From Leifsonia sp. (GTDB lineage Bacteria > Actinomycetota > Actinomycetes > Actinomycetales > Microbacteriaceae), in NCBI GenBank assembly GCA_031413035.1, contig JANOED010000022.1, forward strand, positions 1 through 37,009: 37,009 nucleotides of DNA. The letters run 5' to 3'. The position numbers and the translations under genes were made by a program. Each line of letters starts with the position of its first letter. Positions within the stretch are counted from its first letter, which is position 1. Below the pieces are notes generated by a model, which saw only the letters and a list, made by a program, of their open reading frames with translations, had not been told where the DNA came from and did no database searches. Of this stretch, positions 1 through 10,371 are shown piece after piece.

Positions 1-336
1 CTCGATTTCGTCAGCATCGACGTCCAGCTCGACAGCATCGTCGGTTGCATCGGGATCGATCTCGATTGGCGCTGCAGCCTTCGTCGCTCGCGTCGACGGA
101 GCGGCCTTGGTCGCTCGAGTCGCAGGAGCCTTCGCCATGACTGGCGCGGCGGCAGCCTTGGTGGCGCGTGGTGCCTTAACGGCCGGAGTCTTCGCGGTGG
201 CGGTCTTCGCGGTTGTGGTGTTCGCCACGGGAGCGACCGCCGTTGCCTTCGCAGCCTTGGCGGCAGCGGCCTTCTCGGAGCGGGTCAACTTTATGGGAGC
301 AGCCTCGACTGCTGCGGCCTTTGTTCTGGTCGCCAT
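1..336 (-). CDS. sigA: Principal RNA polymerase sigma factor (SigA/HrdB/RpoD), N-terminal part; runs off the window edge
   Basis: Not in the ORF track. Manual translation from ATG at 336: MATRTKAAAVEAAPIKLTRSEKAAAAKAAKAT...KAPATRATKAAPSTRATKAAAPIEIDPDATDDAVELDVDADEIE, open to base 1, with GAAAGG RBS upstream. An Ala/Lys/Thr-rich segment followed by an acidic one is typical of actinobacterial SigA. Conserved sigma regions lie outside the window, so identity is inferred. Confidence 0.7.
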   Translation of the reverse strand, partial: MATRTKAAAVEAAPIKLTRSEKAAAAKAAKATAVAPVANTTTAKTATAKTPAVKAPRATKAAAAPVMAKAPATRATKAAPSTRATKAAAPIEIDPDATDDAVELDVDADEIE

Positions 337-472
337 AGGAGTGCCTTTCGATTGTGGCAGTACCGTTTTTGGGCAGTACTAAGACCCATGTCAAGTCTGG
401 ATTCGCGAGCGCTACACGAGCTCACCTCGAGAGGTGCACGAATCCCAGAATCAAGACCGGGTCTCAACACGA

Positions 473-1831
473 TTATTGCACGGTTTCATCTGCACTCCCG
501 CCACCGCCACTCTTGGATGAGCGCCGCCAAGCTCGTACCAGAGCAACCCAGAGTGGCCCCACTGTTATTCCCTCCTCATCCCGCATCCGCCGCCTAGTCC
601 GACGACGCGCAAGCAACAGGAATGCGACGCCAATGCCGATCACCAAGTACTGCACAAGAAACGCGAGTCTGAATGACTCGAGAGAGTACAACTCGGATGG
701 CACGCCAGTGCCGCCCCGAGCTCGGTCGGTAGCGTCGAGCACCAGACCGACGAGCAACATGATGATGAATCCCGACGTGAAGCCCCCCACATTGACCACA
801 CCTGTCGCTGAGCCATGGGATCTGAGCGGGTTGAAGGTACGCGCGAAGTCAAAGCCGATGAGAGAACTAGGGCCACTGAGGGCAAGAACGATCAATAGGA
901 CGATGACTAGGGGCAGCGGGGGTTGGCCCGGCCAAGCGAGCACGGCCCCCCAGAGCACCGCCAAGGTCGCGATGATACCGAGCACTAGGTTGCTTCGTCG
1001 CAGTGGGTAACGCGCCGAAAGCATCCCGACAATCGGTCCGCTGAAAGCTGCGCTCGCGACCATCATCGTCACGAGCGTCGCGGCTCCGGTCGGGCCGTAC
1101 CCGAGTCCGACAGAGAGAAAGGGAAATCCCCACAGCAGCGAGAACATGGTCATCGACCCGCCCAAGACAAAGTGAGCCCAGAACCCAAGCTGCGTGCCCG
1201 GGCGACCGAGCGCCTCCCTAAGGACCCGGGCCGAGACTGCCCACGACTCGGGATGTCGGGCGCCCTTATCGGCTGGTCCGCGAACTACCAGCAGAATCAG
1301 GACTGCGACAACGACAGACAGCCCCGCCGCACTCACGTAAGCGGCCGACCAACCCCAGGCTTGGAGGGCGAGCAGCAGAGGGAGCGCCGAGAGAATCTGG
1401 CCTACGGCCCCTGCAGCTCCGAGCAGCTGCGTCACGATCGGGAGCATTCTGCCCTCGAACCAGTTCGAGAGAAAACGAACGGCTGAAATGAAAGTCATCG
1501 CGTCGCCGGCCCCCACTAGAACCCGCGCTAGCAGTGCGACACTCAGGCTCGGAGCAAACGCGAGCGTGAGCTGTCCGAGGGCCATCAAGACGGCTCCGGT
1601 GACCAGAAGGAGTCGCGCTCCGGTTCGGTCGAGCAGTACGCCCACCGGCACCTGCAACACGGCGTACACAATCACCTGAACAACAGCGAGGCTCGACAGC
1701 GCGGCCGCTGTAACCTCAAACCGTTCCGTGGCCTCGACCGCGGCGACACCGAGCGACGATCGTTGCAAGACGGCAACCAAATAAGCGGTCACCGCGACGC
1801 CAAACATCAGCCACGCGCGTGTGCGGTTCAC
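473..1831 (-). CDS. MFS transporter
   Basis: 452 aa with about 12 hydrophobic segments; MFS motif A-like GVLLDRTGAR; TAGCAT -10 hexamer 6 nt before the GTG start. Confidence 0.9.
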   Translation of the reverse strand: MNRTRAWLMFGVAVTAYLVAVLQRSSLGVAAVEATERFEVTAAALSSLAVVQVIVYAVLQVPVGVLLDRTGARLLLVTGAVLMALGQLTLAFAPSLSVALLARVLVGAGDAMTFISAVRFLSNWFEGRMLPIVTQLLGAAGAVGQILSALPLLLALQAWGWSAAYVSAAGLSVVVAVLILLVVRGPADKGARHPESWAVSARVLREALGRPGTQLGFWAHFVLGGSMTMFSLLWGFPFLSVGLGYGPTGAATLVTMMVASAAFSGPIVGMLSARYPLRRSNLVLGIIATLAVLWGAVLAWPGQPPLPLVIVLLIVLALSGPSSLIGFDFARTFNPLRSHGSATGVVNVGGFTSGFIIMLLVGLVLDATDRARGGTGVPSELYSLESFRLAFLVQYLVIGIGVAFLLLARRRTRRRMRDEEGITVGPLWVALVRAWRRSSKSGGGGSADETVQ

Positions 1832-1860
1832 CGCCCCATGCTAGGCCGATCCGGCAACAG

Positions 1861-2784
1861 TCAGTCGGTCGTCGACTCGGTATCGTTGCGTCGAATTGCG
1901 AGGAAATTCTGCAGTTCCGCCGCTATCTCGTCCGCGGTAGGCAATTCGCCGTCCTCGTCAGTCAGGGGGGACCGTAGCGGGTTGTCCTCCATGTAGGTGT
2001 CGTGCCTGTCCTCGAGGGTGCCGACCAATCGGGCGAGCTCCTGATTGCCCTCGACCTGCGCGTCAATCTTGGCGAGAAACTCCCTGCCTTCCTCGCGCAA
2101 TCGGTCAGTGGGGAAGATGAGCCCGGTCGCCGCCGAAACGCTCTCTAGGGCACTCACCGCGGCCAATGGATATTCGGTATCTGCGAGATAGTGCGGGATG
2201 AGAATGACGAACCCTGCGGTGGGGTGCTCGAGCTCGGTCAACCGATACTCGATCAAATGCAAAGCGGTCCCGGGCACCTGCGTGCGTGGCTTCCAGATCG
2301 ACATGGCCTCTATTAGGTCAGCGCGGTTGCCCGAGACGGTGACCCCAATCGGGCGGGTGTGCGGAACGGGCATAGGAATCGAGTTGACCCACGTTGTTGT
2401 CTTGACCCGGTAACGCTCAACGAGACCTACGACCGCAGCGGTGAAGCGCTCCCACTGGAAGTCGGGCTCGTACCCGGTGAGCAACAGAAATGGCTGACCA
2501 ATCTCGTCTTTTGCCAGGTAGAGGCTCAGCCGAGCTGGCCGATAGTCGCTGAGGTGATCTTGATCGAAGAACATAGTCGGCCGGCGCGCGCGATAGTCCA
2601 GCAGCGCGTCGTTGTCGAAAGCGACGAGGGTGCTGTGCTGAAGAGTCTCGAGAAGGTAGTCGCTGAGTTGACTTACCGCACCTCCGGCGTCGGCAAAGCC
2701 AGTGAGTCCGGCTACCAAGTGGAGTCCCTCGGGCACCTCAACAACGTCGTCGGTGAGGTTGTAGAGGTCGGCGGGATCGCTCAT
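1861..2784 (-). CDS. PAC2 family (proteasome assembly chaperone-like) protein
   Basis: Motifs GFADAG, DYRARRP, GYEPDFQW, PMPVPHTRP and PHYLA are characteristic of actinobacterial PAC2 proteins. Confidence 0.9.
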   Translation of the reverse strand: MSDPADLYNLTDDVVEVPEGLHLVAGLTGFADAGGAVSQLSDYLLETLQHSTLVAFDNDALLDYRARRPTMFFDQDHLSDYRPARLSLYLAKDEIGQPFLLLTGYEPDFQWERFTAAVVGLVERYRVKTTTWVNSIPMPVPHTRPIGVTVSGNRADLIEAMSIWKPRTQVPGTALHLIEYRLTELEHPTAGFVILIPHYLADTEYPLAAVSALESVSAATGLIFPTDRLREEGREFLAKIDAQVEGNQELARLVGTLEDRHDTYMEDNPLRSPLTDEDGELPTADEIAAELQNFLAIRRNDTESTTD

Positions 2785-2874
2785 GTGGCAATCCTAATCT
2801 TGACACTGCACGACCATCCCGGCCCGGGTGATGCCCTCAGCGAACAGTCGACCCACTCTGGTTACGATTAGCCA

Positions 2875-4362
2875 ATGGCCGTCCCCGCACTCTCGCTCTC
2901 GTCCGAACCTCCGCTTAGCCTTGCCGCCGATGTGCTTGTCCTTGGGGTTCGGAAAACTGAAGATGGGCCGCAGTTGCTCAGCGACGAACCCGAGCTCCAA
3001 TCCCTTCAGCTTGCGCTTGAGTCAATCGGCGTCACCGGCGCGATAGACGAACTGCGACGCATCCCGGGCTCGCACGGCGGCACCGAAAGCATCGCTTTGA
3101 TCGGTGTGGGTTCGGGGGATGTTACGGTGCACGACCTGCGCTACGCCGCCGGCTCGGCCGCCCGTCAACTCCGCGGGGTCACCTCGATTGCCATCGCTTT
3201 ACCCACGAGCTCTGACGACGAGGTCTTCGCTGTTCTTGAAGGCGCAGCCCTCGGGGCGTACGCCTACCTGAATTATCGATCAACGGATGACGCCGCGAAG
3301 CTCCCGGCTTCGTCGATTGTGGTCGCGGGCAGCGGCACTGACGACCTCGTGACTCGAGCGACGACTATCGCTGAGGCAGTCCACACCGTGCGCGACCTTG
3401 TCAACGCTCCCCCGTCAGACCTCTACCCTGAGACGTTCGCGGCGGCGGCGCGGGATCTGGCGGCTGAGACCGACGTCGACGTTACGGTGCTTGCCGAGGC
3501 CGAACTCGCCGCGGGCGGGTACGGGGGAATCCTCGGCGTGGGTCAGGGTTCGACGCGACCCCCGCGGCTCGTCAAGGTTGTCTACGCGCCGACGGGCGCC
3601 GCCAAGCACCTGGCCCTCGTAGGCAAAGGCATCACATTTGACTCGGGTGGCCTCTCACTAAAACCACCAGCCTCGATGATCGGCATGAAGTACGACATGA
3701 CTGGCGCAGCAACTGTGCTCGCCGTCACGCTAGCCGCAGCGAAACTCAAACTCAACATCAAGATCACCGCGTGGCTGTGCATCGCCGAGAACATGCCATC
3801 CGGATCGGCGTTGCGTCCCAACGATGTAATCCGGGTCAGGGGCGGCAAGAGCGTGGAGGTACTCAACACCGACGCGGAGGGTCGACTCGTGCTCGCCGAT
3901 GGCCTAGTCGCCGCGAGCGAGGAAGAGCCCGACGCGATTGTCGATGTCGCGACGCTGACCGGTGCCGCTCTTATCGCGTTGGGGAACCGCTATGCAGGAG
4001 CAATGGGTGATGATGAACTCGTCGCTAGCGTGGTTGCCGCCGGCAATCGGGTGGGCGAGACACTCTGGCCGATGCCGATTCCGGTCGAGGTGCGACCGAT
4101 GCTGGCATCCGACATAGCTGACATCGCGAACATTAAGCCGGGCAACACAGCGGCGGGCATGCTGATTGCTGCTTCATTCCTGCGCGACTTCGTTGGCAGC
4201 ACGGGCGAGGGTGACTCTAAGCGCACCATTCCGTGGGCGCACCTCGACATCGCAGGTCCAGCCAATAACGGCGCTGGCGGCTGGGGCTTCACCGGCAAAG
4301 GACCGACCGGAGTCAGCGTGCGCGCGCTCATCGAACTGGCCGATCACCTCGCACGCCCGTAG
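2875..4362 (+). CDS. pepA: Leucyl aminopeptidase (M17 family)
   Basis: VGKGITFDSGG, MKYDMTGAA, NTDAEGRL, ATLTGA and HLDIAG motifs. Confidence 0.96.
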   Translation: MAVPALSLSSEPPLSLAADVLVLGVRKTEDGPQLLSDEPELQSLQLALESIGVTGAIDELRRIPGSHGGTESIALIGVGSGDVTVHDLRYAAGSAARQLRGVTSIAIALPTSSDDEVFAVLEGAALGAYAYLNYRSTDDAAKLPASSIVVAGSGTDDLVTRATTIAEAVHTVRDLVNAPPSDLYPETFAAAARDLAAETDVDVTVLAEAELAAGGYGGILGVGQGSTRPPRLVKVVYAPTGAAKHLALVGKGITFDSGGLSLKPPASMIGMKYDMTGAATVLAVTLAAAKLKLNIKITAWLCIAENMPSGSALRPNDVIRVRGGKSVEVLNTDAEGRLVLADGLVAASEEEPDAIVDVATLTGAALIALGNRYAGAMGDDELVASVVAAGNRVGETLWPMPIPVEVRPMLASDIADIANIKPGNTAAGMLIAASFLRDFVGSTGEGDSKRTIPWAHLDIAGPANNGAGGWGFTGKGPTGVSVRALIELADHLARP

Positions 4363-4464
4363 TAAGGTTTTTTTCAGGTGGGTTCTTGACCCCCCAGCCG
4401 GCCCGCTCACCACGCACACCAAGGCGTGCCGGTACACAAATCCTTTACAAAGGAGTTGCCGGGA

Positions 4465-5838
4465 TTGGCTGAGCACACTTTTGACCTCGTAGTCCTCGGC
4501 GGCGGAAGCGGCGGCTATGCAGCCGCCCTTCGAGCCAGCCAACTCGGCATGAGCGTAGGCCTCATCGAGAAGAACAAGGTGGGTGGAACCTGTCTGCACG
4601 TCGGGTGCATCCCAACGAAGGCGCTCCTACACTCCGCTGAGGTTGCAGATGTCACGCGCGAGTCTGCGAAGTATGGCGTGAACGCAACCTTCGACGGTGT
4701 CGACATCGCTGCGGTCACCGCGTACCGCCAAGAAGTCGTCTCAAGCAAGTACAAGGGTCTTCAGGGCCTGATCAAGGCTCGCGGAATCACCACCATCGAG
4801 GGTGAGGGCAAGCTCACCTCCCCCACAACCGTGCAAGTCGGGGCTGACACGGTCACCGGCAAGAACGTCGTTCTGGCCACCGGTTCCTACTCTCGCTCGC
4901 TGCCCGGCCTCGAAATCGGCGGACGGGTGATCGCTTCGGAGCAGGCCCTCGAACTCGACTTCATCCCCAAGAAGGTCGCTGTTCTCGGTGGCGGCGTCAT
5001 CGGCGTCGAGTTCTCGAGCGTGTGGAAGTCGTGGGGCGTTGACGTGCACATCATCGAGGCGCTCCCGCACCTTGTTCCCAACGAGGATGAAGCGATCTCG
5101 AAGCAGTTTGAGCGCGCGTTCCGCAAGCGGGGTATCGACTTCACGCTCGGTGTTCGCTTCCAGGGCGTGACACAGAACGACCAAGGCGTTGTCGTCACGC
5201 TTGAGAACGGCGAGACCATCGAGGCCGATCTTCTGCTTGTTGCTGTGGGTCGCGGCCCGCTGACGAACGGACTGGGTTTCGAAGAGCAAGGCATAACCAT
5301 GGATCGCGGCTTCGTGATCACCAACGAGCGCCTTGCCACGAGCGTGCCCGGCATCTACGCAGTCGGTGACATCGTTCCCGGGCTTCAGCTTGCGCACCGC
5401 GGCTTTCAGCACGGAATCTTTGTAGCCGAAGAGATCGCGGGGCTGAACCCCATAGTCATTGACGACCTGAACATTCCCAAGGTCACGTACAGCGAACCGG
5501 AGGTCGCCTCGATCGGGCTCTCGGAGGCCAAGGCCGCAGAGAAGTTCGGGGCTGACTCGATCTCGAGCTACGACTACAACTTGGCCGGCAATGGCAAGAG
5601 CCACATCCTCGGAACCTCAGGGTCGATTAAGGTCGTTCGCGTCAAAGACGGTCCCGTCGTTGGCGTGCATATGATTGGCGCCCGCGTCGGAGAACTCATC
5701 GGAGAAGCACAACTCGTCGTCAACTGGGAGGCCTACCCGGAGGACATCGCGCCCCTGCTTCACGCGCACCCGACACAAGACGAGGCACTCGGAGAAGCAT
5801 TCCTTGCCCTTGCTGGCAAGCCTCTCCACGCAATCTGA
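4465..5838 (+). CDS. lpdA: Dihydrolipoamide dehydrogenase (E3)
   Basis: GGGSGG FAD motif, GGTCLHVGCIP redox disulfide, GGGVIG NAD motif, HAHPTQDE C-terminal motif. Start moved to TTG 4465, after AAGGAG RBS. Confidence 0.96.
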   Translation: MAEHTFDLVVLGGGSGGYAAALRASQLGMSVGLIEKNKVGGTCLHVGCIPTKALLHSAEVADVTRESAKYGVNATFDGVDIAAVTAYRQEVVSSKYKGLQGLIKARGITTIEGEGKLTSPTTVQVGADTVTGKNVVLATGSYSRSLPGLEIGGRVIASEQALELDFIPKKVAVLGGGVIGVEFSSVWKSWGVDVHIIEALPHLVPNEDEAISKQFERAFRKRGIDFTLGVRFQGVTQNDQGVVVTLENGETIEADLLLVAVGRGPLTNGLGFEEQGITMDRGFVITNERLATSVPGIYAVGDIVPGLQLAHRGFQHGIFVAEEIAGLNPIVIDDLNIPKVTYSEPEVASIGLSEAKAAEKFGADSISSYDYNLAGNGKSHILGTSGSIKVVRVKDGPVVGVHMIGARVGELIGEAQLVVNWEAYPEDIAPLLHAHPTQDEALGEAFLALAGKPLHAI

Positions 5839-5897
5839 CCCCCGCACGACCCCCGGAACTAAGCTAGCAACTGAAGCGGCACTAAGGAGCAGCACTG

Positions 5898-7277
5898 ATG
5901 AGCGAATCCGTTAACCTTCCGGCACTCGGAGAGAGTGTCACCGAGGGCACGGTGACCCGCTGGCTGAAGAAGGTGGGAGATCGCGTCGAGGTCGACGAGC
6001 CTCTGCTCGAAGTTTCGACCGACAAGGTCGATACCGAGATCCCATCGCCGGTCGCTGGCGTTATCGAAGCGATTCTTGTCGGCGAGGACGAGACGGTTGA
6101 GGTCGGGACCGCACTAGTGACGATCGGTGACGGATCGGGTGCCGCGCCCGCTGCTGCAGTACCCGCAGCTGAAGCGCCTGTAGTTGAGGCTGTAGTTGAG
6201 GCTGTAGTTGAGCCTGCGCCGGTTCCCGAGACGGTTTTTGCGCCTGCTCCCGTTACTGTTCCGGAGCCTGTTGTTGCGCCAGCACCCGTTGCCGAAACTG
6301 TTATTGCGCCTGAGCCTGTAGCGGTACCCACGCCTGTAGCGGCACCCACGCCCCCTCCAGCGCCGACCGCTCCCGACGCCGCGGGCTACGTAACCCCACT
6401 CGTGCGCAAACTGGCAAACGACAGCGGGATTGACCTTACAACGATCGCCGGTACGGGAGTCGGGGGCCGCATCCGCAAGCAGGACATTCTTGCGGCCACC
6501 ACGTCCCCTCCATCAACGTCGGCGCCCGCTGCCGCCACGGCACGGCCGCTTGAGGTCTCGCCTCTTCGCGGCACGACGGTAACAATGTCCCGACTGCGCA
6601 AGGTGATCGCCGAGCGTGCGGTTGTGTCGATGCAGACTTCGGCACAGCTAACGACCGTCGTCGAGGTGGATGTCACCCTCGTCGCGCACTACCGCGACCA
6701 AGTAAAGGCAGCGTTCCAGCAGAAGACTGGCGTGAAGCTCAGTTTCCTTCCCTTCTTCGCGCTTGCCGCCGCGGAAGCGCTCACCGCCTACCCGATCATC
6801 AACGCGACCATCGAGGGCGACTCGATCGTCTACCCCGCCTCGGAGAACATGTCCATCGCCGTCGACACCGAGCGCGGCCTACTCACCCCGGTGATTCGGG
6901 ATGCCTCCAAGCTGGACATCGCCGGGTTCGCTCGTGAGATCGCGGATCTGGCCGAGCGCACTCGCGACAACAAACTGAAGCCTGACGAGCTGGCAGGCGG
7001 TACCTTCACCCTCACCAATACCGGATCGCGCGGGGCCCTTTTCGATACTCCCATCGTCTTCCTTCCCCAGTCCGCAATCCTCGGCACCGGAGTTGTCAGT
7101 AAGAAGCCCGTTGTGGTGAGTGACGCTGGGGGCGATGCGATCGCGATCCGCTCGATGGTTTATCTTGCACTTTCGTACGACCACCGCATTGTCGATGGGG
7201 CAGATGCGGCACGGTTCCTCACGACGATCAAGGATCGTCTCGAGGGCGGCGACTTTGCCGGGAAGCTCGGAATCTAG
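5898..7277 (+). CDS. dlaT: 2-oxoacid dehydrogenase E2 component (dihydrolipoamide acyltransferase, DlaT/SucB)
   Basis: One lipoyl domain ([14 protein letters not shown]), Pro/Ala/Val linker, E3-binding domain ([10 protein letters not shown]...[12 protein letters not shown]), catalytic DHRIVDG; AAGGAG RBS. Confidence 0.94.
   Translation: MSESVNLPALGESVTEGTVTRWLKKVGDRVEVDEPLLEVSTDKVDTEIPSPVAGVIEAILVGEDETVEVGTALVTIGDGSGAAPAAAVPAAEAPVVEAVVEAVVEPAPVPETVFAPAPVTVPEPVVAPAPVAETVIAPEPVAVPTPVAAPTPPPAPTAPDAAGYVTPLVRKLANDSGIDLTTIAGTGVGGRIRKQDILAATTSPPSTSAPAAATARPLEVSPLRGTTVTMSRLRKVIAERAVVSMQTSAQLTTVVEVDVTLVAHYRDQVKAAFQQKTGVKLSFLPFFALAAAEALTAYPIINATIEGDSIVYPASENMSIAVDTERGLLTPVIRDASKLDIAGFAREIADLAERTRDNKLKPDELAGGTFTLTNTGSRGALFDTPIVFLPQSAILGTGVVSKKPVVVSDAGGDAIAIRSMVYLALSYDHRIVDGADAARFLTTIKDRLEGGDFAGKLGI
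6178..6213 (+). repeat. 12-bp tandem repeat x3 (CTGTAGTTGAGG) in the dlaT linker
   Basis: ctgtagttgagg ctgtagttgagg ctgtagttgagc, encoding [12 protein letters not shown]. Confidence 0.85.
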
Positions 7278-7286
7278 GGCCGACAC

Positions 7287-8603
7287 CTACCGCTCGAGAT
7301 AGTCACGGATGCGCCATCCTGCCTCGGTCTTCATGACAAGCACCGAGGCAGGCTCGCTATCAGCGACATCCCCGAGGCTGATCAGGGCGGCATCTCCTAG
7401 CCGCTCCTCGATCACGAGGTCTCCAGGGGCGACCGTCAGCGCCGTTTCTGGTATCTCCGCTCCCTGCTGAAGGTCTCGAACGAGCTGCTGATCGTCAGCC
7501 AGCGCTGACGAGCCGGCATGTCCCACCGAGTCAAGGCAGAGCACAGACAGATCGCGGATGCAGGCAGCGCGGGACTCCAGCAACGCCGGTAGTGCGGCCA
7601 GGGGGTCATCCCCGAGTACCGGGTCGAGCCCTACGGCGGCCGGCGACAGAACCCGGGGTGAAGGTGAGGGTGTGGACGCGGCATCCTCAGTGATCTGTTG
7701 CGTGGACCCTTGCGGAATCGCGATCAGAGCTATTCCTAGGGCCAGTCCGACGACTCCGAGGCCCACCCATACGCGCCGGCGCACGGCCCGCAGGCGCCTT
7801 GTCAGTGCGTCAATGTCTAGCCACTCGGGCATGCCGAGCGACAGCAGCGTGCTCGATCGGCGCGGTTCGGGGGCCGCTGGGACAGGCTCTGCGGTGATTA
7901 TGCGTGACGGTGGAACGCTGTGATGCTCATCCGGTAGCAACTGGATGGGCTCCGGCTCCCCCAACGCAAACAGGCTGGTGGCGACCGCCATCAGCCAACC
8001 GGAGGGCTTCAGTTCGGGCAATTCGACGGGGAGTGGGAGTCGATCGAGCACCGCCCGAGCAAGCCGCTCGAAAGCACGGAGATCGCCGTCCACCCCCTGG
8101 TGCGCCTCCAGAAGAGCGGGAGGCAGGCCCGGAGTGATCAGCTGGGCGCGCCCAAAGCAGGCCAACACCGGGGCACCCGAGGCGCTAAAGCTCACTGCCT
8201 CTAGCCTCAACCCGCCATGCACGACCCCAGCGTGATGCAGGCGGTCAAGCGTCATCGCAAGCGGCGCGAGGAGCGTGATGGCCTCCCCCGATCTCACGAT
8301 CGAACGATCCCGCAGCAGTTTGCCGAGGCTGCCACCCGGAATCCACTCCATGATGAGGGCGGTCGCACCCTGATTTGTGCTCGCGAGATCCACCAGCCGC
8401 ACGACGTGTTCGCCCGCAGCTCGCGAGAGCGCTTCGACCTCCTCGACGACCGATTCCTCGGCGAAGTTGTTGCTGTAGGCCTTGATCGCGACAGGCACGC
8501 TTGCATCGTCGCCGATTGCCGGGTAGGCGAGAAATACCTCGGCCCGCTCGCCGTCCCCAAGCTTGCGAACTATTCGGTAACCGCCGATCGAGTCATACGT
8601 CAC
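7287..8603 (-). CDS. Membrane-anchored Hanks-type Ser/Thr kinase-like protein, probably a pseudokinase
   Basis: YRIVRKLGDG, VAIK, EVEAL, LIMEWIPGGSL and LHHAGVVHGGL kinase subdomains; one TM helix (VWVGLGVVGLALGIALIAI); HRD and DFG replaced by HGG and CFG. Confidence 0.8.
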   Translation of the reverse strand: MTYDSIGGYRIVRKLGDGERAEVFLAYPAIGDDASVPVAIKAYSNNFAEESVVEEVEALSRAAGEHVVRLVDLASTNQGATALIMEWIPGGSLGKLLRDRSIVRSGEAITLLAPLAMTLDRLHHAGVVHGGLRLEAVSFSASGAPVLACFGRAQLITPGLPPALLEAHQGVDGDLRAFERLARAVLDRLPLPVELPELKPSGWLMAVATSLFALGEPEPIQLLPDEHHSVPPSRIITAEPVPAAPEPRRSSTLLSLGMPEWLDIDALTRRLRAVRRRVWVGLGVVGLALGIALIAIPQGSTQQITEDAASTPSPSPRVLSPAAVGLDPVLGDDPLAALPALLESRAACIRDLSVLCLDSVGHAGSSALADDQQLVRDLQQGAEIPETALTVAPGDLVIEERLGDAALISLGDVADSEPASVLVMKTEAGWRIRDYLER

Positions 8604-8715
8604 ATCACACAGTGTGATTCAGGCCGGATACCCCGTTCTCGCCCTTATCGCTTCCCATCGACCCAACCGCCCGAGCGCCGGGCGGGGAGGAACAGAACGG
8701 GCGTAGGCTGGAGTT

Positions 8716-9360
8716 GTGATCGACTTTGTCGTCGCGGGGCTAAGCGCCAACTCCGTGCCGTACATCGAAGCCCTTGAGCTTCAACGCGCAACCCATCGTG
8801 CCGTCGTGAGCGGGGCGAGCCCCGACACCGTCATTCTCCTCGAGCACCCCTCGGTCTATACCGCGGGCAAGCGAACAGAGGAGTTCGAGAAGCCGACTGA
8901 CGGCACGCCCGTGATCGACGTTGACAGAGGGGGCAAGATCACCTGGCACGGTCCAGGGCAGCTCGTGGGCTACCCCATTGTGCGACTCGCCGAACCTATC
9001 GACGTGGTCGGCTATGTGCGACGGATCGAGGGCATCCTGATCGATGCGCTAGCCGAGCTGGGTCTAGACGCCGGCCGCGTTGCCGGCCGCTCGGGAGTTT
9101 GGCTGCGCTACGACGAGCCCGTCGGTGCCGAGAAGATCGCGGCGATCGGAATACGGGTAGCCGAAGGCGTAACCATGCACGGCTTCTCCCTCAACTGCAA
9201 CAACTCGTTCGAGGCCTACTCGAAGATCGTCGCGTGCGGAATCCTCGATGCGGGCGTCACCTCGATCTCGCGAGAGTTGGGTCGCAGCGTCAGCCCCACC
9301 GACGTGCTGCCCGTCGTGCAGCGCCATCTCGAGGCAGTCCTGTCGGGAGCGCACGCATGA
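8716..9360 (+). CDS. lipB: Lipoyl(octanoyl) transferase
   Basis: [34 protein letters not shown] and HGFSLN motifs; ATGA overlap with lipA. Confidence 0.96.
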   Translation: MIDFVVAGLSANSVPYIEALELQRATHRAVVSGASPDTVILLEHPSVYTAGKRTEEFEKPTDGTPVIDVDRGGKITWHGPGQLVGYPIVRLAEPIDVVGYVRRIEGILIDALAELGLDAGRVAGRSGVWLRYDEPVGAEKIAAIGIRVAEGVTMHGFSLNCNNSFEAYSKIVACGILDAGVTSISRELGRSVSPTDVLPVVQRHLEAVLSGAHA

Positions 9361-10367
9361 GTACGACCCACCACCCCGAAGCGAACCAGACGGAGGGCCG
9401 CAAGCTTCTGCGCCTCGAGGTGCGTAACGCGGAGACACCGATCGAGCGCAAGCCCGAGTGGATCAAGACGGTAGCCAAGATGGGACCCGAGTACCGGCAC
9501 CTTCAGGAGCTAGTGAAGGGCGAGAGCCTGCACACCGTCTGCCAAGAGGCCGGATGCCCCAACATCTTCGAGTGCTGGGAAGACCGTGAGGCGACGTTCC
9601 TCATCGGTGGAAGCCAGTGCACGAGGCGCTGCGATTTCTGCCAAATCGACACCGGAAAACCCGCAGACTACGACAAGGATGAGCCACGTCGCGTTGCGGA
9701 GTCCGTCATGAAGATGAATCTGCGCTACGCCACGGTTACGGGTGTCGCTCGTGACGACCTACCCGACGAGGGCGCGTGGCTTCACGCCGAGACGGTTCGA
9801 CAGATTCACCAGCAGAACCCGGGAACCGGTGTCGAGATTCTCGCCACGGACTTCTCTGGCAATCCCGATCTACTCGCCGAGGTGTTCTCCAGCCGACCGG
9901 AGGTCTTCGCCCACAATGTCGAGACCGTACCGCGCATCTTCAAGCGCATCCGGCCGGCGTTCCGCTACGAGCGCTCCCTTGATGTCATCACCCAAGCTCG
10001 GGCCGCCGGGCTCATCACGAAATCGAATCTGATCCTCGGCATGGGAGAGGAACCCCACGAGGTCATTCAAGCCCTGCACGATCTGCACGATGCCGGAACC
10101 GACATCATAACGATCACCCAGTATCTTCGGCCGACCCCGCGCCACCTTCCCGTCGCGCGCTGGGTGAAGCCAGAGGAGTTTGTTGAGTTCTCCCATGCTG
10201 CTGAAGAGATCGGCTTCCTCGGTGTGCTCGCAGGGCCGCTTGTGAGGTCGAGCTACCGGGCCGGACGCCTCTGGGCGCGGTCAATGATGGCTAAGGGCCG
10301 CGACATCCCAGAGCACCTGAAGCACCTAGCCGACGCGAGCCTCGGATTCGCGCAGGCGGTATCGTAG
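9357..10367 (+). CDS. lipA: Lipoyl synthase
   Basis: [12 protein letters not shown] and CTRRCDFC clusters, RSSY motif. True start is ATG 9357 overlapping the lipB stop; the track ORF is over-extended. Confidence 0.97.
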   Translation: MSTTHHPEANQTEGRKLLRLEVRNAETPIERKPEWIKTVAKMGPEYRHLQELVKGESLHTVCQEAGCPNIFECWEDREATFLIGGSQCTRRCDFCQIDTGKPADYDKDEPRRVAESVMKMNLRYATVTGVARDDLPDEGAWLHAETVRQIHQQNPGTGVEILATDFSGNPDLLAEVFSSRPEVFAHNVETVPRIFKRIRPAFRYERSLDVITQARAAGLITKSNLILGMGEEPHEVIQALHDLHDAGTDIITITQYLRPTPRHLPVARWVKPEEFVEFSHAAEEIGFLGVLAGPLVRSSYRAGRLWARSMMAKGRDIPEHLKHLADASLGFAQAVS

Positions 10368-10371
10368 ACGG

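Noticed and set aside
107-382. Plus-strand 91-aa hydrophobic Ala/Val-rich ORF resembling a membrane protein
   Set aside because: It is the antisense shadow of the Ala/Lys/Thr-rich sigma factor N-terminus, which has the RBS.
6178-6213. Short direct repeats here and at 29993-30048 as a possible CRISPR array
   Set aside because: In-frame coding tandem repeats without unique spacers; no cas genes in the window.
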